From Eledone cirrhosa (Eukaryota), in contig OZ024743.1 in the NCBI GenBank assembly GCA_964016885.1, positions 298,344,001 through 298,408,000 on the forward strand: DNA of 64,000 nucleotides, given 5' to 3'. Position 1 is the first letter of the stretch. Each line of letters opens with the position of its first letter. Positions 24,668-39,130 of the stretch are shown piece after piece. Below the pieces are notes generated by a model. The model saw only the letters and a list, made by a program, of their open reading frames with translations. It did no database searches and had not been told where the DNA came from. A program made the position numbers and the translations under genes.

Positions 24668-27528
24668 GTAAGTATCAAACTGTTAGACCAGTCATTGCTC
24701 AAGTTATTTAACCCTTTTAATACCATGAAACAGACTGCTTATCACCAACTATAATAATAGTGAATGTGTGAATATCTATTTATTTATATATTTGTCCGTT
24801 ACTCCCTGGAAGGGAGATGACTGAGGAAGGAAGGGGTGGTGACAAACTATAGAAAACAGGGATCAGCATTCTAAGATGTGTTACACTTATGTGAGTATAT
24901 GTGTAGCAAATTGGTTATTATTATTGTGTGAGCAGTGAATTGGCAGTATCGGTAGAGGGTTGGATGCCATGCTTTCTAGCATAGTTACATCCCTTTACAG
25001 TCTGAGCTCAAATCCCGCCGAGGTTAACTTTGACTTTCATCCTTACGGGGTCAATAAAATAAAGTACCAGTAAAGGACTGGGTAATTGCTGGCCTTGTGC
25101 CTAAAGTAGAAACAATTATTGTGTGAGTGTATATATGTGTGAGTATATGAGTGTTTGTGTGAATATATTAATACTTGTGTGAGTGTATGCATATCTATAT
25201 TTATGTACTCATGTATATAAATGTATAGTGTCTTGCTGTGTTGTTTCCTTGAGCAAGACACTTTATTTCACATTGCTCCAGTTTACTCAGCTGTAGAAAT
25301 GAGATGATAGGGACTGGGGTCCATATCATTCCACTGCAAAGTGGTTGTGGAGGTGCCACGGCAAAAAAGCACCCAGCACTCGCTGTAAATGAGGTTGGTG
25401 TTAGGAAGGGCATCCAGCTGTAGAAATCAAGCCAGAATCAGTTCCCGTCCCACCCTTGCAAGCAGGGAAAAGCGGACATAAAATGATGATGATGATGATG
25501 ATGATGATGATGTGCACCAAGATATTATCTTGGTTATCTATGTTAGTTGCAGATAGTTTTTTCACAAAAACTTTTATAATAAAAGAATTATTAAACTAAA
25601 AACTTAGTTTTGTACCCTTTTTATATATAAAATACTACAATTAGCTGCAATTTTTGATGGCATGGGGCTAGCTAGTTTTCAAATAATTTTGAAAATAATC
25701 AAGAATTTGAAGGTATTTACTAATATAACTTTTTCATTATCAAGTTGGTGTTTGAAGCACAGTTTAAAGGTTCTTACATACAATTATGATAAAAGATTTT
25801 TAGATAAATATGGACACATTAAAATAAATATATTCGTTTCACTGGACCAGGATTGGTTTTAGGCAGTTTGGTTTCAAAAGAGTTCAATGCTGGCTGAAAA
25901 CTTATATTTTTAACATGTGCCACACAATGTAGAGACAGGATAATATGCATACCATCAAACTAAAAAAAAGTACTGGGGTTGATATGATTAATTAAATCCC
26001 TTCACGACAGTGCCCCAGCATGGCTGCAGTCTAATGATTGAAACCAGTTTAAAAATAAAAGAATAAAAAATAAGTATATATGACATTGAAGTCTTAACTG
26101 ATAGTTCTTGCATATAAATCCAGTGTAGATGTTTATTTGTGTACTTGAGAAGTACACTTTGTCCTGTAGTCTTCAGTTCATTTAACTGCTAGCAATATAT
26201 ACAAGATCTAAAAGAAATGTTGCTGCATTCTTTTCAGAGAAGAATTTGTATTTCTGTACTTTGGGTGGATCATACTGCTTATTTATTTTTCAGATTTTTT
26301 CCAAACTTCCCCGCTTATTAAATTTTGCTAATCTATCACTGGTGAAATTTTATTTTAAGTGATTCATATTAATACAGCAGCTGGAGAATCTAATAATAAT
26401 TTTATTTTACATTAAAAAAACATTACATATGACAAAAATAGAACATCAAGAAATCCCATATTTACGAATGTACACTATACAATTACTGATTTCCTAACCC
26501 CGCCTGTTTATTCATCCCCCCATTATTTAGGACTTGAGAGTCCTAAATATGTTGCCTGACACTCTACCGCTACTGCCAATCCACCGCCCTTGGTATTAAT
26601 AGTAATAGCAAAGGACATACTGGAAATGAACTAGTGTGGTAGAAGTATTTCTTGTTTAGTCCTAGTTAGCTCTGATCTTATAGACATTTGATGAAAAGCG
26701 TTCCAGTCATGGCCATCCCCTCTCCAGGTCTGAACACAGCAAATTTCTTCCAGGGAAGGATAGAGGGGGATATATATATAGAGAGAAAGAGATAGAGAGG
26801 ATGTGAGAAAGAGATATTGAGGGAGTGAGAAAGAGATAGAGAGGAAGAATCGACCCCAGTACTGGATTGGTGCATTTTTTATTGACCTTGACAGGATCAA
26901 AGGTAAAGTTTGATTTTAAAGTGGGATTTGAACTTAGAGAGCAGAGAGTCAAAATAAATCCTGCAAAGCATTCTATCCGATGTTCTAACAACAATTTGCA
27001 CCCTTCTGATCAAGTATACCTATGATCAAAAGACATTCCAGATAGAACTACTCCAACTTTTTTTCTTGTTTTTCAGACACAATGTATCTGGAACAACAAT
27101 ATCCACTGTGTTCTCCCCTTTTTTCATGACAACAAAGTACAGGGTGTGATTTGAGGAAGATTTAGCTGCTATTTCTAGCTTGTTGAGTGACCTTTAAGTA
27201 GGCATCACAAGTGGTATATGAAGGTTGTAATGTGAACATTAGCTCTAAAATCAACAAGTCTTTTTCCTGCATATAATACTGAATTGCAGTGCTCCTGTGG
27301 TCAAAGAGAAAGCAATAGGGAAGTCCCATCACTATTACTTCCCTAAATATTTGATTGAATTGATGTTTTACTAATTATCACCACCATAACAACACCAATT
27401 ACTACCACCACCATCATACCACCACCAAAGGTGTTTGTTTACCTTTTTCACTCCATTTGGTTGTGGTTCATTACTTGGTAGCAAAAACCTATTTTGAAAT
27501 TCTTGTTATTGCTTATATTATCTTGCAG

Positions 27529-27677
27529 AAATTTGGGCTACCCGACAAGAAAAACACAACTTTATGCAGAAACATGATGTTGAACTGATCAAAGAGGAGA
27601 AACGAATAGAAGTGGAGGCTGAGATTAGGGTCCAAGTTGATGAACTGATGCGCGAAGAACTAAAGAATTTGAAACAA
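27529..27677 (+). CDS. IQCA1: IQCA1 exon 8 ([11 protein letters not shown]...[14 protein letters not shown])
   Basis: ttgcag/gtaagt boundaries, phase 1/0. Confidence 0.93.
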
Positions 27678-27815
27678 GTAAGTGAATGATTACTTCCTTG
27701 GAATAACATGGTTTATTGTGAGTTTTATTGATGGGGTATCAGGGAAGTTTACAACCATTTTATATAGAGTGTTACTTTGAATTGCTCTTTTCATCATCAT
27801 CATTATTAGAAAAGA

Positions 27816-28076
27816 CTAGCAGTGTATCCTGGTGTTGCACAGGTAAGAACATTGGTAATAGCACCTCCAATGAGAAACGTTTATTTGTGAGTGCCTGTTA
27901 AAAACTCACGAAAATATACCGACAGGAAACTTGTTTTATTTGGAGAAAATTAAGAAGTTGAAAGTACAGTTTAGCTGTCTACGTGCATTGTTCATAGAAA
28001 TATTGTTGAGCCCCTTCTTTTCATACTCCTCTGTTTTGGTCTATACCCATGCAAGTGTGGAAGATGGACGTTAAAC

Positions 28077-28107
<31 letters not shown>

Positions 28108-29036
28108 TAAATGTGAAGAGAAAATCACAGGTTAAGTTGGCAGAAGGTTCCAGTGCAACAGCAGTAAGGCGTAGGCTACTTACCTTAAAAGTTCATTCAC
28201 ACTCTTTCCACTAAGTTACTCTTTCTCTCTATCCCTCTCGGTGCAGTCCCTTGTGAATTTCTTGCGTAGGCTTGGAGTAGATTTGCACCCGATCCATCTG
28301 CCCGATACACATGTCCGCTTTGTACAGCTTTTGGAGGAAGGAGTAACCAGCAGTACATTGTTCGGTATTATTACGAAAAGGTGTAGCAGAGAATAACAGC
28401 TTGGGAGGAAACTACTTATCTCGAAGATTCATTCACCATCGATCTTGTCAACGCTCCGTTTAGTTGGAATTTGTTGGTCTACAGTTAGATGAATAGCGCA
28501 CAAAGGGTTAATGTTTATTGGCAAGAAGTGGCAACTGGGCTGGCTTGCCTCACCTTTATTATATATTAAAATAACAGATTAAAGTTTAAGCAAATAATCG
28601 GTGCTTTCACCCTTGATGGATCTTTTGAAACTAAAAAAATCAATCTGTGAACGCAGATATAATATTTCGAAAAATGTTGCAACCGAGGGAAAACAGGAAG
28701 ACGATACTTTGGTTTGGGAAGACGTTCCCTGGCAATGAATGGAAAATAGTCAACATAATACGCCATCAATGTTTGTCATAATGTCGAAATGCAGACAGCC
28801 AGGCATACAGACAGATATTATAAGGGCGCGACGGAGATCGATAACCGGCGCCTAACACCTCTTTAACAACAGAAAATTGAAAAATAAAAGCTGCAGTTAA
28901 TATCTTTAGAGAGCAAGGAATATATAAATGCAAGTTTGAAGTCAATCGGAGTAGAAATGTGGATTTGTATAGACTTTGCAAAAATGAGGACACACACACA
29001 CACACAGACAACTACAGTTTTATATATATGTATAGG
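27816..29036 (-). mobile_element. Probable non-autonomous Helitron
   Basis: CTAG|T with degenerate hairpin cctgg..cagg at one end and a (CA)n...ttttatatat..tatag end like the other copies. Confidence 0.55.
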
Positions 29037-29371
29037 TAGCAGCTGGACCAGTAGAAATCCTACTACATTTCATCTTTTTTTCACATATTACTAGATACCG
29101 TGATAAGTGTGTGTGGAGGCGAGAATGGAGTTTTAAAACAAAAACCATTCTCTAAACACTTAAAACATTTTTAATATCAAACAAAATATTAAAACTTCAT
29201 AAATATATTCTCCACTCATGAAAATTTCAAAACTGCACCGTCTAAATATGTGTTGATTAGCTGGCATGGCTTATAAAAGGGTTTTGGATTTTTGCCCATT
29301 TCTCAGACATTAAATAGAAGGCTGGTTTGTATTCGGATTGATTTATTTATATTCACATATATATGATATAT

Positions 29372-30425
29372 ATCATCATCATCGTTTAACGCCCATCTTC
29401 CACGCTTGCATGGGTTTGGATGGGAATTTTCACACTTGAGGCAAGATTGGTTGTCTTGCTCGTATAGGACTGTCTGGCGGGTTTTCTCCGGCTGGATGCC
29501 CTTCCTAACACCAACCACATTTACAGTGTGGACTGGGAGGTTTTTACCGTGTTACCTACACGGCCACATTACAGCATGGACTGTGTGTTTTTTTGTCGTG
29601 ACACCTACACGACCTCATTTATTTCGGACTGGATGTTGTGGTACCAGCATAACTTTACATTGAAAGGGGTGGTGTGGATGGGGTTGGGGGGTAGTAGGAC
29701 GGGGGTGTATTTTTGTTAGAGGTGCCTACTGACTGTAGGTTTCGCTTTGTACTTAGGCAAGGCGGGTCTTCTGTGTTACTGCGTAGCGCCAAAGATCTCG
29801 GTCCAGTGACATTGTCTTGGAGAGGTGTAAGTGTGTGAGGTCAAAATTTATCAAGTCATCCCAGGTTTTTCTGGGTCTGCCTACTTCGTGGCTACCGTCT
29901 ATTTTTATCGCCCTGCACTTTTTTATACAGCTGTCGTCTTTCATGCGCATCACGTGACCGTACCAACGTAGTCTTCTCTCGAGTAAACAACACCTGATCC
30001 CTCTTATTCCTAATTTCTCCCTTAGTTCGTTTATGCTTTGCCGTTCACATATATTACTATTACACATCCAGTGGAGCATGCAAGCTTCGTTCCTCTTCAG
30101 TCTGCGTATATCCTCTGCACACATTGCCCAAGTCTCACTGCCATGTAACATTGTTGTTCGTATGCAGGCATCATACAGCCTGCCTTTCATTTTTAGAGAG
30201 AACCCTTTAACGGCCAATAGTGGTATAAGCCATTCATCAACACCTAGTTTTCTAAGAGCCCACCAGATAATGGAGCGGGGGACTCTGTCAAAAGCTTTCT
30301 CCAAGTCAACAAAAGCTAAGTATAGGGGTTTACTTTTAGCTAGGTACTTCTCCTGTAATTGTCGTACAATGAAAAGAGCGTCTGTGGTACTTTTACCTGA
30401 CACAAACCCGAACTGCATTTCATCT
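29372..30425 (-). mobile_element. RTE LINE fragment with an in-frame internal deletion of the RT core
   Basis: ORF 29753-30619 jumps from LGVDEWL to IPLLAVKGFSL; 3' UTR and ATG tail; 5' end lies in a (TA)nGG repeat. Confidence 0.9.
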
Positions 30426-30846
30426 ATATATATATATATATGGTATATATATATATATATATATATGGTATATATATATATATATGGTATATATATATAT
30501 ATATATATATGGTATATATATATATATATGGTATATATATATATATATATATCTATGGGATATATATAAATATATATATATATGTATATAAATGGAAAAA
30601 ATGAAATTTCATTTCTCACTCTTAGTACGGCTGATACTTAAATGTAAGTATGTATACATACATACATATATGTATACAGACGTACAGTAGTATGTTTATA
30701 CATACATGCACACATATATATATGTACGTATGGGTTTACCGAACACTTATTATAATGTTCGGTTTGTTTGTAAACAAACAGCCCAAATTAAGCCGTACAG
30801 TGTTTGGCAATCATCGTTGCCCTTTTGTTCAACACTGACAAAGGAA

Positions 30847-30887
30847 CGATGAACTAGTTTCTAGCTTATTAGCTGTCATCAGCACCG
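30847..30887 (-). ncRNA. Type-I hammerhead ribozyme motif
   Basis: cggtg-CTGATGA-c-agct(aata)agct-a-GAAA-ctag-TT-catcg; palindromic stem III ACTAGT. Confidence 0.75.
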
Positions 30888-31142
30888 TATACCTTCCTGT
30901 CAGTCTATTGAACGTTTGAAAGTATATACTTTCCTTATGCATATTAACTTTGTCAGTGTTGAACAAAAGGGCAACTATTGTTGCCGAACACTGTACGGCA
31001 CAGCAGCCACTACAGAATAAGACATCATCTCCATAGTGGCTGCTGATCACTTTCTTCCCTTTATAGAGGTATTTTACCTGTCAGGACAGTGAATAGGTAA
31101 ATTCTTCTTTATCCTGTTTACTTTTCCAAATATAACCCCCCC

Positions 31143-31194
<52 letters not shown>

Positions 31195-31701
31195 GGGTTG
31201 GAGAATGTATCTGTGGGCAACTGTGTGTGTGTGTGTATGTATATATATGTGCGTGCGTGTGTGTGTGTATATATGGATGTATGCAAGTGCGTGTATTTGT
31301 ATGTGTGTATGTGCGTATACGTATGTGTGTGTATGTATATATACATATGTGTGTGTGTGTGTGTATATATATTTATACATATACGTGCGTGTATGGGTGT
31401 GTGTGTATGTATGTACGCATACATATGTGTGTGTTTGTGTCTGTGTATGAGTAGACTTGGGTAGTGGTAGATATTTTTATACGTCTACGCCCACACAGTA
31501 GTAATTTGCTGACCAAGTTCTGGTGATGGACAGGCCACGCGTGAATAACTGCAGGCAGTGGACGTATTTGACTGGTCAAGGAAGGAGGTGACACCTCAAA
31601 TTCTAAACTAATCAATAGGCTGCATCAACAGGATGATGTCAATTGCTGAGGATGAGACGGATTGAATATTGCCAGTTGGAAGAAATTCCTTGAAAATGAT
31701 A

Positions 31702-31795
31702 AACATATCTGAGGACCTTGTGAATGCAGAGTCAGGTTTGATCTATAATAGATCCTGCCTTGAGCTGATCATCGGAGAAACATATGTAATATGTT
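31702..31795 (+). ncRNA. Type-I hammerhead ribozyme motif with an extended stem II
   Basis: aacatat-CTGAGGA-[61 nt irregular hairpin]-GAAA-catatg-TA-atatgtt. Confidence 0.65.
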
Positions 31796-31926
31796 AATAA
31801 ATTGTATTTTGATGCATCACTGATTCCTCGTTATCTATAATAATATACTCTGCTTCGCATGAGCATCGAGTGCTCAAATGGCATACCACCTACCGACACA
31901 TTTATTGCAACCTTACAACAACTATA

Positions 31927-31973
<47 letters not shown>

Positions 31974-32361
31974 TATGTGATTCAGTGAATTACTGGAGGT
32001 AGTACCAACATGAGCACTCAATGCACAGGTAAAGTGTATATAATGAGAAAAATGATGAAGTTTTGTTTACATGTATTTATGTTTTTATTGTGTATTCGTG
32101 TATTATGCATGTTACAGGTAAACAATAAAAATATAAATACATATAAACGAAACTTCATCATTTTTCTCACTATATCATCATCATCATTTAACATCCATTT
32201 TCCACGCTAGCATGTGTAGGATGGGCTATCCCATTGTGAAAAATCTAGTTCAAAGGACCGTGTTTTGCTCAATATTGTATGTAGTTAGAATTTGGTAGGT
32301 AGGAAGGCACATGGCCACTTATTTGTATCTCTAATTACCTGTTTCTGTTTGTTACTTGCAG

Positions 32362-32468
32362 GCAGTGGATCGAGAAAAATCCAAAAAGAAAGGGAAATCT
32401 GGTAAAAAAAAAAAGGGGAGTGGAAAAAAAGGGAAGAAAAAGAAAGAAAAAGATTTGACGCCAGATAG
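32362..32468 (+). CDS. IQCA1: IQCA1 exon 9 (AVDREKSKKKGK...KDLTPDR)
   Basis: ttgcag/gtaaga boundaries, phase 0/2. Confidence 0.92.
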
Positions 32469-32582
32469 GTAAGAATGTTGTCATCTTGACAATATTGCCC
32501 TTAGAACCCTTGTGTGTCATGCTGACTTGTGTGAAATTAATTATAATTAATTTCACACAAATCAGCATGATAATTATCACAT

Positions 32583-32966
32583 GGAGCCACATGGCTTAGT
32601 GGTTAGAGCATTGGCCTTGCAATCGAAGGGTTGTGAGTTCTCACACTGGGTGATGTGTTGTTTCCTTGAGCAAGACACTTTATTTCACATTGCTCCAGTT
32701 TACTCAGCTGTAGAAATGAGATGATAGGACTGGGGTCCCTATCATTCCACTGCAAAGTGGTCGTGGAGGTGCCACGGCAAAAAGGACCCAGCTCACACTG
32801 TAAAGTGGACGTGTAGGTGCCACGGAAAAAAGGCACCCAGCACTCACTGTAAATGAGGTTGGTGTTAGGAAGGGCATCCAGCTGTAGAAATAAAGCCAGA
32901 ATCAGTTCCCGTCCCACACTTGCAAGCAGGGGAAAAGCGGGCGTGAAAATGATGATGATGATGATG
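32583..32966 (+). mobile_element. tRNA-derived CORE-like SINE with an RTE-derived 3' tail (also about 25225-25511 + and 57833-58150 -)
   Basis: tggcttagtggttagagc A-box; ccttgagcaagacactt..cagctgtagaaatg core; 3' half matches the RTE 3' UTR (7876-8125); (ATG)n tail. Confidence 0.85.
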
Positions 32967-33432
32967 AAGTCAAGTAACTCAGTGAAGTACTGCTTTCACA
33001 TCTGAGGTGGTGCTGCTGATGCTCATTCTGGCATCCTAGACTGCATCCAGAAAAAGCCACTCACCTGCTAATTGACCCACAGATGTGCTGTCTCCTCACT
33101 GTACCTCTCCTTTTCCACCTTCTACATCAATCACTATACTCAATCTTTCTTGCCTAGAATGTTGGCTCTCTGGAACTCCCTCCCTGCTTATATATTTCCC
33201 CCAAAACTGAACCTGAATCAAACATTAATGGCATTGGTATTTCTGGTCCCAGAGTTTATGTGAAATTCATGGACACTATTTCTTCCTCCAGACCTATTAA
33301 ATAGGTATATGAAAGCTTATACTATATGTTTATATACAATAACCATGTTGGTAGTCTCACTATATAAATAAAAATATTTTCGTAACAAAAATTTATTTTT
33401 CTCTATTTCTTTGTGGATAAGAGAATGGTTAA

Positions 33433-33489
33433 GAGAATGTCACTGATGAAAGATTAATAAATCTTGAAACAGCGATGTCTGGCATTCTT
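33433..33489 (+). ncRNA. Canonical type-I hammerhead ribozyme (GUC site, predicted cleavage after 33479)
   Basis: agaatgtca-CTGATGA-aagatt(aata)aatctt-GAAA-ca(gcga)tg-TC-tggcattct. Confidence 0.88.
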
Positions 33490-33599
33490 GATTGTACAGA
33501 CACTCAGTGATGTTTACAGAGAAAAATAGAGAAAAATAATTTTTTTCATTATTAAAATATATTATTAATATATATTAATCTTAAATGATGATAATGATA

Positions 33600-34360
33600 A
33601 TAATAATGAAATTATTGTGTACAGTGCTCAGGTGCACTGCAACTCGTCAAAGGTGCATGTATAGTACATAGAATAATATACAAATGTCAGGGAAGTGAAT
33701 AGTGTATGAGTCATGATATAGATGTGTGCGTGTGTATGGAGGGAGAATATTAGGTGTAGTGTTGGCGAATCTCAGGAAGCATGGAGGTTTTAAAGGATGC
33801 AGTGTCTCGACAGCTAATAACTGATGCTGGTAGTTTGTTCCATGCTTCAGCAACTCTGAGTGTGAAAAAATGTTTCCGAAGGTCATGGGAGCTGTGCTGT
33901 TTTCTGACTTTGTGGGCATGCTCACGCGTGTTAAACACATGGAAATCAAAAAGGTACAGGGTAGTTGTTGGCAAGATGGTTAATAATTTTGTGGGTGTTT
34001 ACCAAATCAGCTGCCAGATGTCAGAGCTTAAATGTATCCATGCCCAGGGAAGCAAGGCGTTCAGAGTATGGTAGATGCCTGATGGAGGGTATTCGCTTGG
34101 TTGCACGTCTCTGAACAGTTTCCAGGCGGTCAATGTTCTGAGCAAGATAGGGGATCCAGACTGGTGATGCAAATTCTAAGTGTGGCCACACCATAGTTAT
34201 ATACAGCTTTGAATAGATAGCTGGAGAGCGGCTGACAAAGGTCTTGCTGAGTGATGCTAAGACACCCTCGGCCTTCTTGACAATTTTAGAGACATGCTTC
34301 GTCCAATGCAAATTGCTGCTGACCGTAATGCCCAGGTCACGTTCACAAGAAGACTTCTTG
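33600..34360 (-). mobile_element. CR1-group LINE 3' fragment (same family as the 19.5 kb copy)
   Basis: ORFs 34021-34311 and 33750-33974 (FFTLRVAEAWNKLP). Confidence 0.9.
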
Positions 34361-35106
34361 ATGTCTTAGTGGTACTGCCAATTAGTCATTAATAATTAGT
34401 TATTAATCAGTAGTCATTAGTCATTAGTCAAAACCTAGCCAAAATGCAGTCCCACTATGAGCAGTGTATGGCTTCATTACAGGATCATGCAGTTCCACAC
34501 TGTAAACATGATTGGTGTTTGGAATAGCATTTAACCACTGCAAAAAGCCAGCCAACTGGTCAGACATTCCGCATAATGAGACCATTCTGCTCCCAAAATA
34601 CGGTTCTGTTATGAGCAAAGTATGGCGTGGTCAACTGGCCAGACCTGTCCCATAATGGTACCACCCAATTTCACATGATAAACATGGTTGCTGTTAGGAT
34701 AGGCTTCCAGCAGCTGTAAAAACCCTGTCAAAATGCAATCCCATTCTGAACAAGTCCTGCTATGAGCAAGGTACAGCATGACCAACTGGCTAGACCTCCC
34801 TCATAAGAGATCACCCAACTCCCAAAATACGGTTCTGCTATGAGCAGGGTATGGCGCGGCTGACTAGCCGAACTCTCTTTATAATAGGACTACCCAGTTC
34901 CGCATCGTAAACATGGTTTGTGTTAGGAAGGGCATCCTACTGTAAAAACCCAGCCAAAATAGAGTTCTGTTTGAGCAAGGTACACATGGCCTACTGGCCA
35001 GACTTGTCTCATAATGGGGATGACCTGTCTAATCCATGCAAGCGTGGAAAAAATTGATATTAAGTGGTGATGATCATGATGATCATGATGATGTTATATA
35101 GCCACA

Positions 35107-35332
35107 TACCATATATACTCGAATATAAGTTGATCCGGATGTAAGCTGACCCCCCCCCCCCACACACACATTATTTTATATCTGGGACATTTGCAAAAAT
35201 CCAAACCCCATTTATAAGCTGAGGCAGCTAATCAACACATTGTTTAGATGGCATATAAGCGCCCCCCACCTCTATTTTACCATCAATCTTTTGGTCACAT
35301 ATTCCTTGGCTTATATTTGAGTATTTACAATA
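35107..35332. mobile_element. Tc1/mariner (pogo/Tc2-like) MITE, degenerate
   Basis: Homologous to 40721-40908. Confidence 0.75.
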
Positions 35333-36052
35333 TATACCTCTAGATGGGCTGAGCCAGCACGTGTTATTGTTTCTCATTATGAGCATGTAACCCACATTCT
35401 AGGCATGGGGCCTTCTTCCAAACCCATTTTTTTAGAAGTTCTTTAAAAGTATTAAAAAGTATTAAAATAATGCTGCATTTAGCTTGGTTTTAGAATCGCT
35501 ACACCATATCCCTATGTGTTGTAAGTGACAAATAAAAGGGATGGTGTCAGGAAAATCTTCATCATCATCATAATCATCGTTTAACGTCCATTTTTCACAC
35601 TAGCATGGGTTAGATGGGTCGTCCCATTTGATGTAAGTTGGATCAGATGACTGTTTCTTATTCATATAGGAATGTTTCTGTCTAGGTTTCTATGGATGAA
35701 CGCCCTTTCTAATGCCAACCACATTTACAGTGTGTGTTGGGTGCTTTTTGCCGTGACTCCTTTACAACCACTCTACAGTGTGGGCTGGGTGCTTTTTGTT
35801 GTAACACCTACACGACCACTTTACAGTGTGTGTTGGATATATTTTGTTCACAGTGTAAGGGTGGTGTGGACAGGAGTAGTGGGTGGGAGTATAGTGTTAA
35901 GAGGTGCCTACTAGGTGTATGTTTGAGTCTGTGTGCATAGGAAAGCATTCAGATATAAGACACTGTCTTAAATAATCCAGTTCAATCTATTTTGGTATAG
36001 AAACAAGGACAAAGGGAAAAGATACTAACGGAAACTGTTTTCATTATTCTAG

Positions 36053-36243
36053 AACAATTGAATCGTTGTATGAGGAGTTGGTAACTGAACAGATCATTGT
36101 TCCACACCCAAAGGTTCAGCTTGATCGCTATATTGGTGACTACTGTTACCTGGGGACAATTCTACGTCAAACTGGTACTGAACCTATGCCAAGTCTTAGC
36201 GACATCAGAAGCATTATAACTTTATATGGAATATTGCCTCTTG
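36053..36243 (+). CDS. IQCA1: IQCA1 exon 10 ([10 protein letters not shown]...YGILPLG)
   Basis: ttctag/gtgagt boundaries, phase 2/1. Confidence 0.94.
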
Positions 36244-37790
36244 GTGAGTTTTCTTTTATTTGTAGACTTTTGTTTTCTTTTTTATTTTTGTTTTCATATG
36301 GTCCATCCTGTAAAGTGATCATCCTGGTGTCACAACAAAAAGCACTCTGTAAAGAGGTCATGTCAGTGACACGACAAAAAGTACCCAGTCCATCCTGTAA
36401 AGTGGTCGGGCTGGTGACATGCCAAAAAGCACCCATTCCACTCTGTAAAGTGGTTGTGTTGGTAACATAACAAAAAGCACCCAGTCCAACCTGTCAGCTG
36501 GTTGTTTTGGTGCCAACATAAAAATTACCTAGTCCACACTGTAAATGTGGTTGGCATTAGGAAGGGCATCCAGCCATAGAAATCAAACCATAAACAGTTC
36601 CATGTGAGGAAGACACAGTCACCTAACCTGACTTGTCTCACAACTGGATAACTCGTTTAACCCATGCTAGTGTGGAAAAATAGACGTTAAATGGTGATGA
36701 TGATGATGATAATGTTTTTAACTCTTTTTATACCAAACCACCTGAAACCGCCCTATGTTCTATATACAAAACTATTTATTTTAGTGTATTTATAAAAACT
36801 TCGCATTAAAATATATCTTGAAGTATGAAAGGGAAGCAACTTGTATTAGAATAAACTGAAAGCTAATTATTTCCCTTGATAACCGTAATTGTATGAGTCT
36901 TTAATTTAATAGATGAACTATTGAATCCACGTCTTATATAATAGTTAAAGTATCACAAGAAGTGGTGGGTAAGCTATATTCACCTCCTTATAAGCTCGGA
37001 CTATCAAAGTGAAGTTGAGAGTTTGATTCCCGGACTGGGCGATGCATTATATCCGTGAGCAAGTCATTTTATTTCATGTTTCTATTTTTGCCATGAGTTG
37101 CCAGGAGTTGCCACTGAGACTCACAGAGGCAATGGCAATGGATAGTATCAGCCATGGAAAGACCAATGGGAACATTGTTTTCTTGGTCAGATTTGACATG
37201 TTCCATTACACTCGATAAGTGAATGAGGTCCGAGATCTTGTCCATCGGTTAAAATAGAATAGATTACATTTGTCATTGGTAACTGCATGGAACATTCATT
37301 GAAATTTAGCATCATAGATCTCAAAAGCTGAATAGATGAAAGATGGGGCCTCCGTCGATTTGGACGATTACTATTGAGTGCTCCTGTCAATAGAACAACC
37401 TGTTTGTTAAATTAACATGTAGGTGGCTGATTATTCCACAGACATGACATGTGTACCCTCAACACAATTCTTTAGGAGATTCAGCATGATGCCATGCGTG
37501 ACAAGGCTGGCCCTTTGAAATGCTGGCACAGTCCCTTAAAAAATGACATCTATCTACCTAATTCCACTCACAGATGAACTCCTCATAGTCAACTGCCATC
37601 TACTCCAACTATGAGTTAAATAGCCTCACCAACCCACAATTGACCAAGTGTGGGGAGTACGGCTACACACCTGACATGACTAAAACCAAACAGAAATTGG
37701 TGGAGGTCAACCAGGTAGAGCCCCCCCCCCCCCAATAGGAGTGAGAAGGCCCTGGATTGGATGATCATAAAGGTGTTAACAAGATGTTAA

Positions 37791-39130
<1,340 letters not shown>

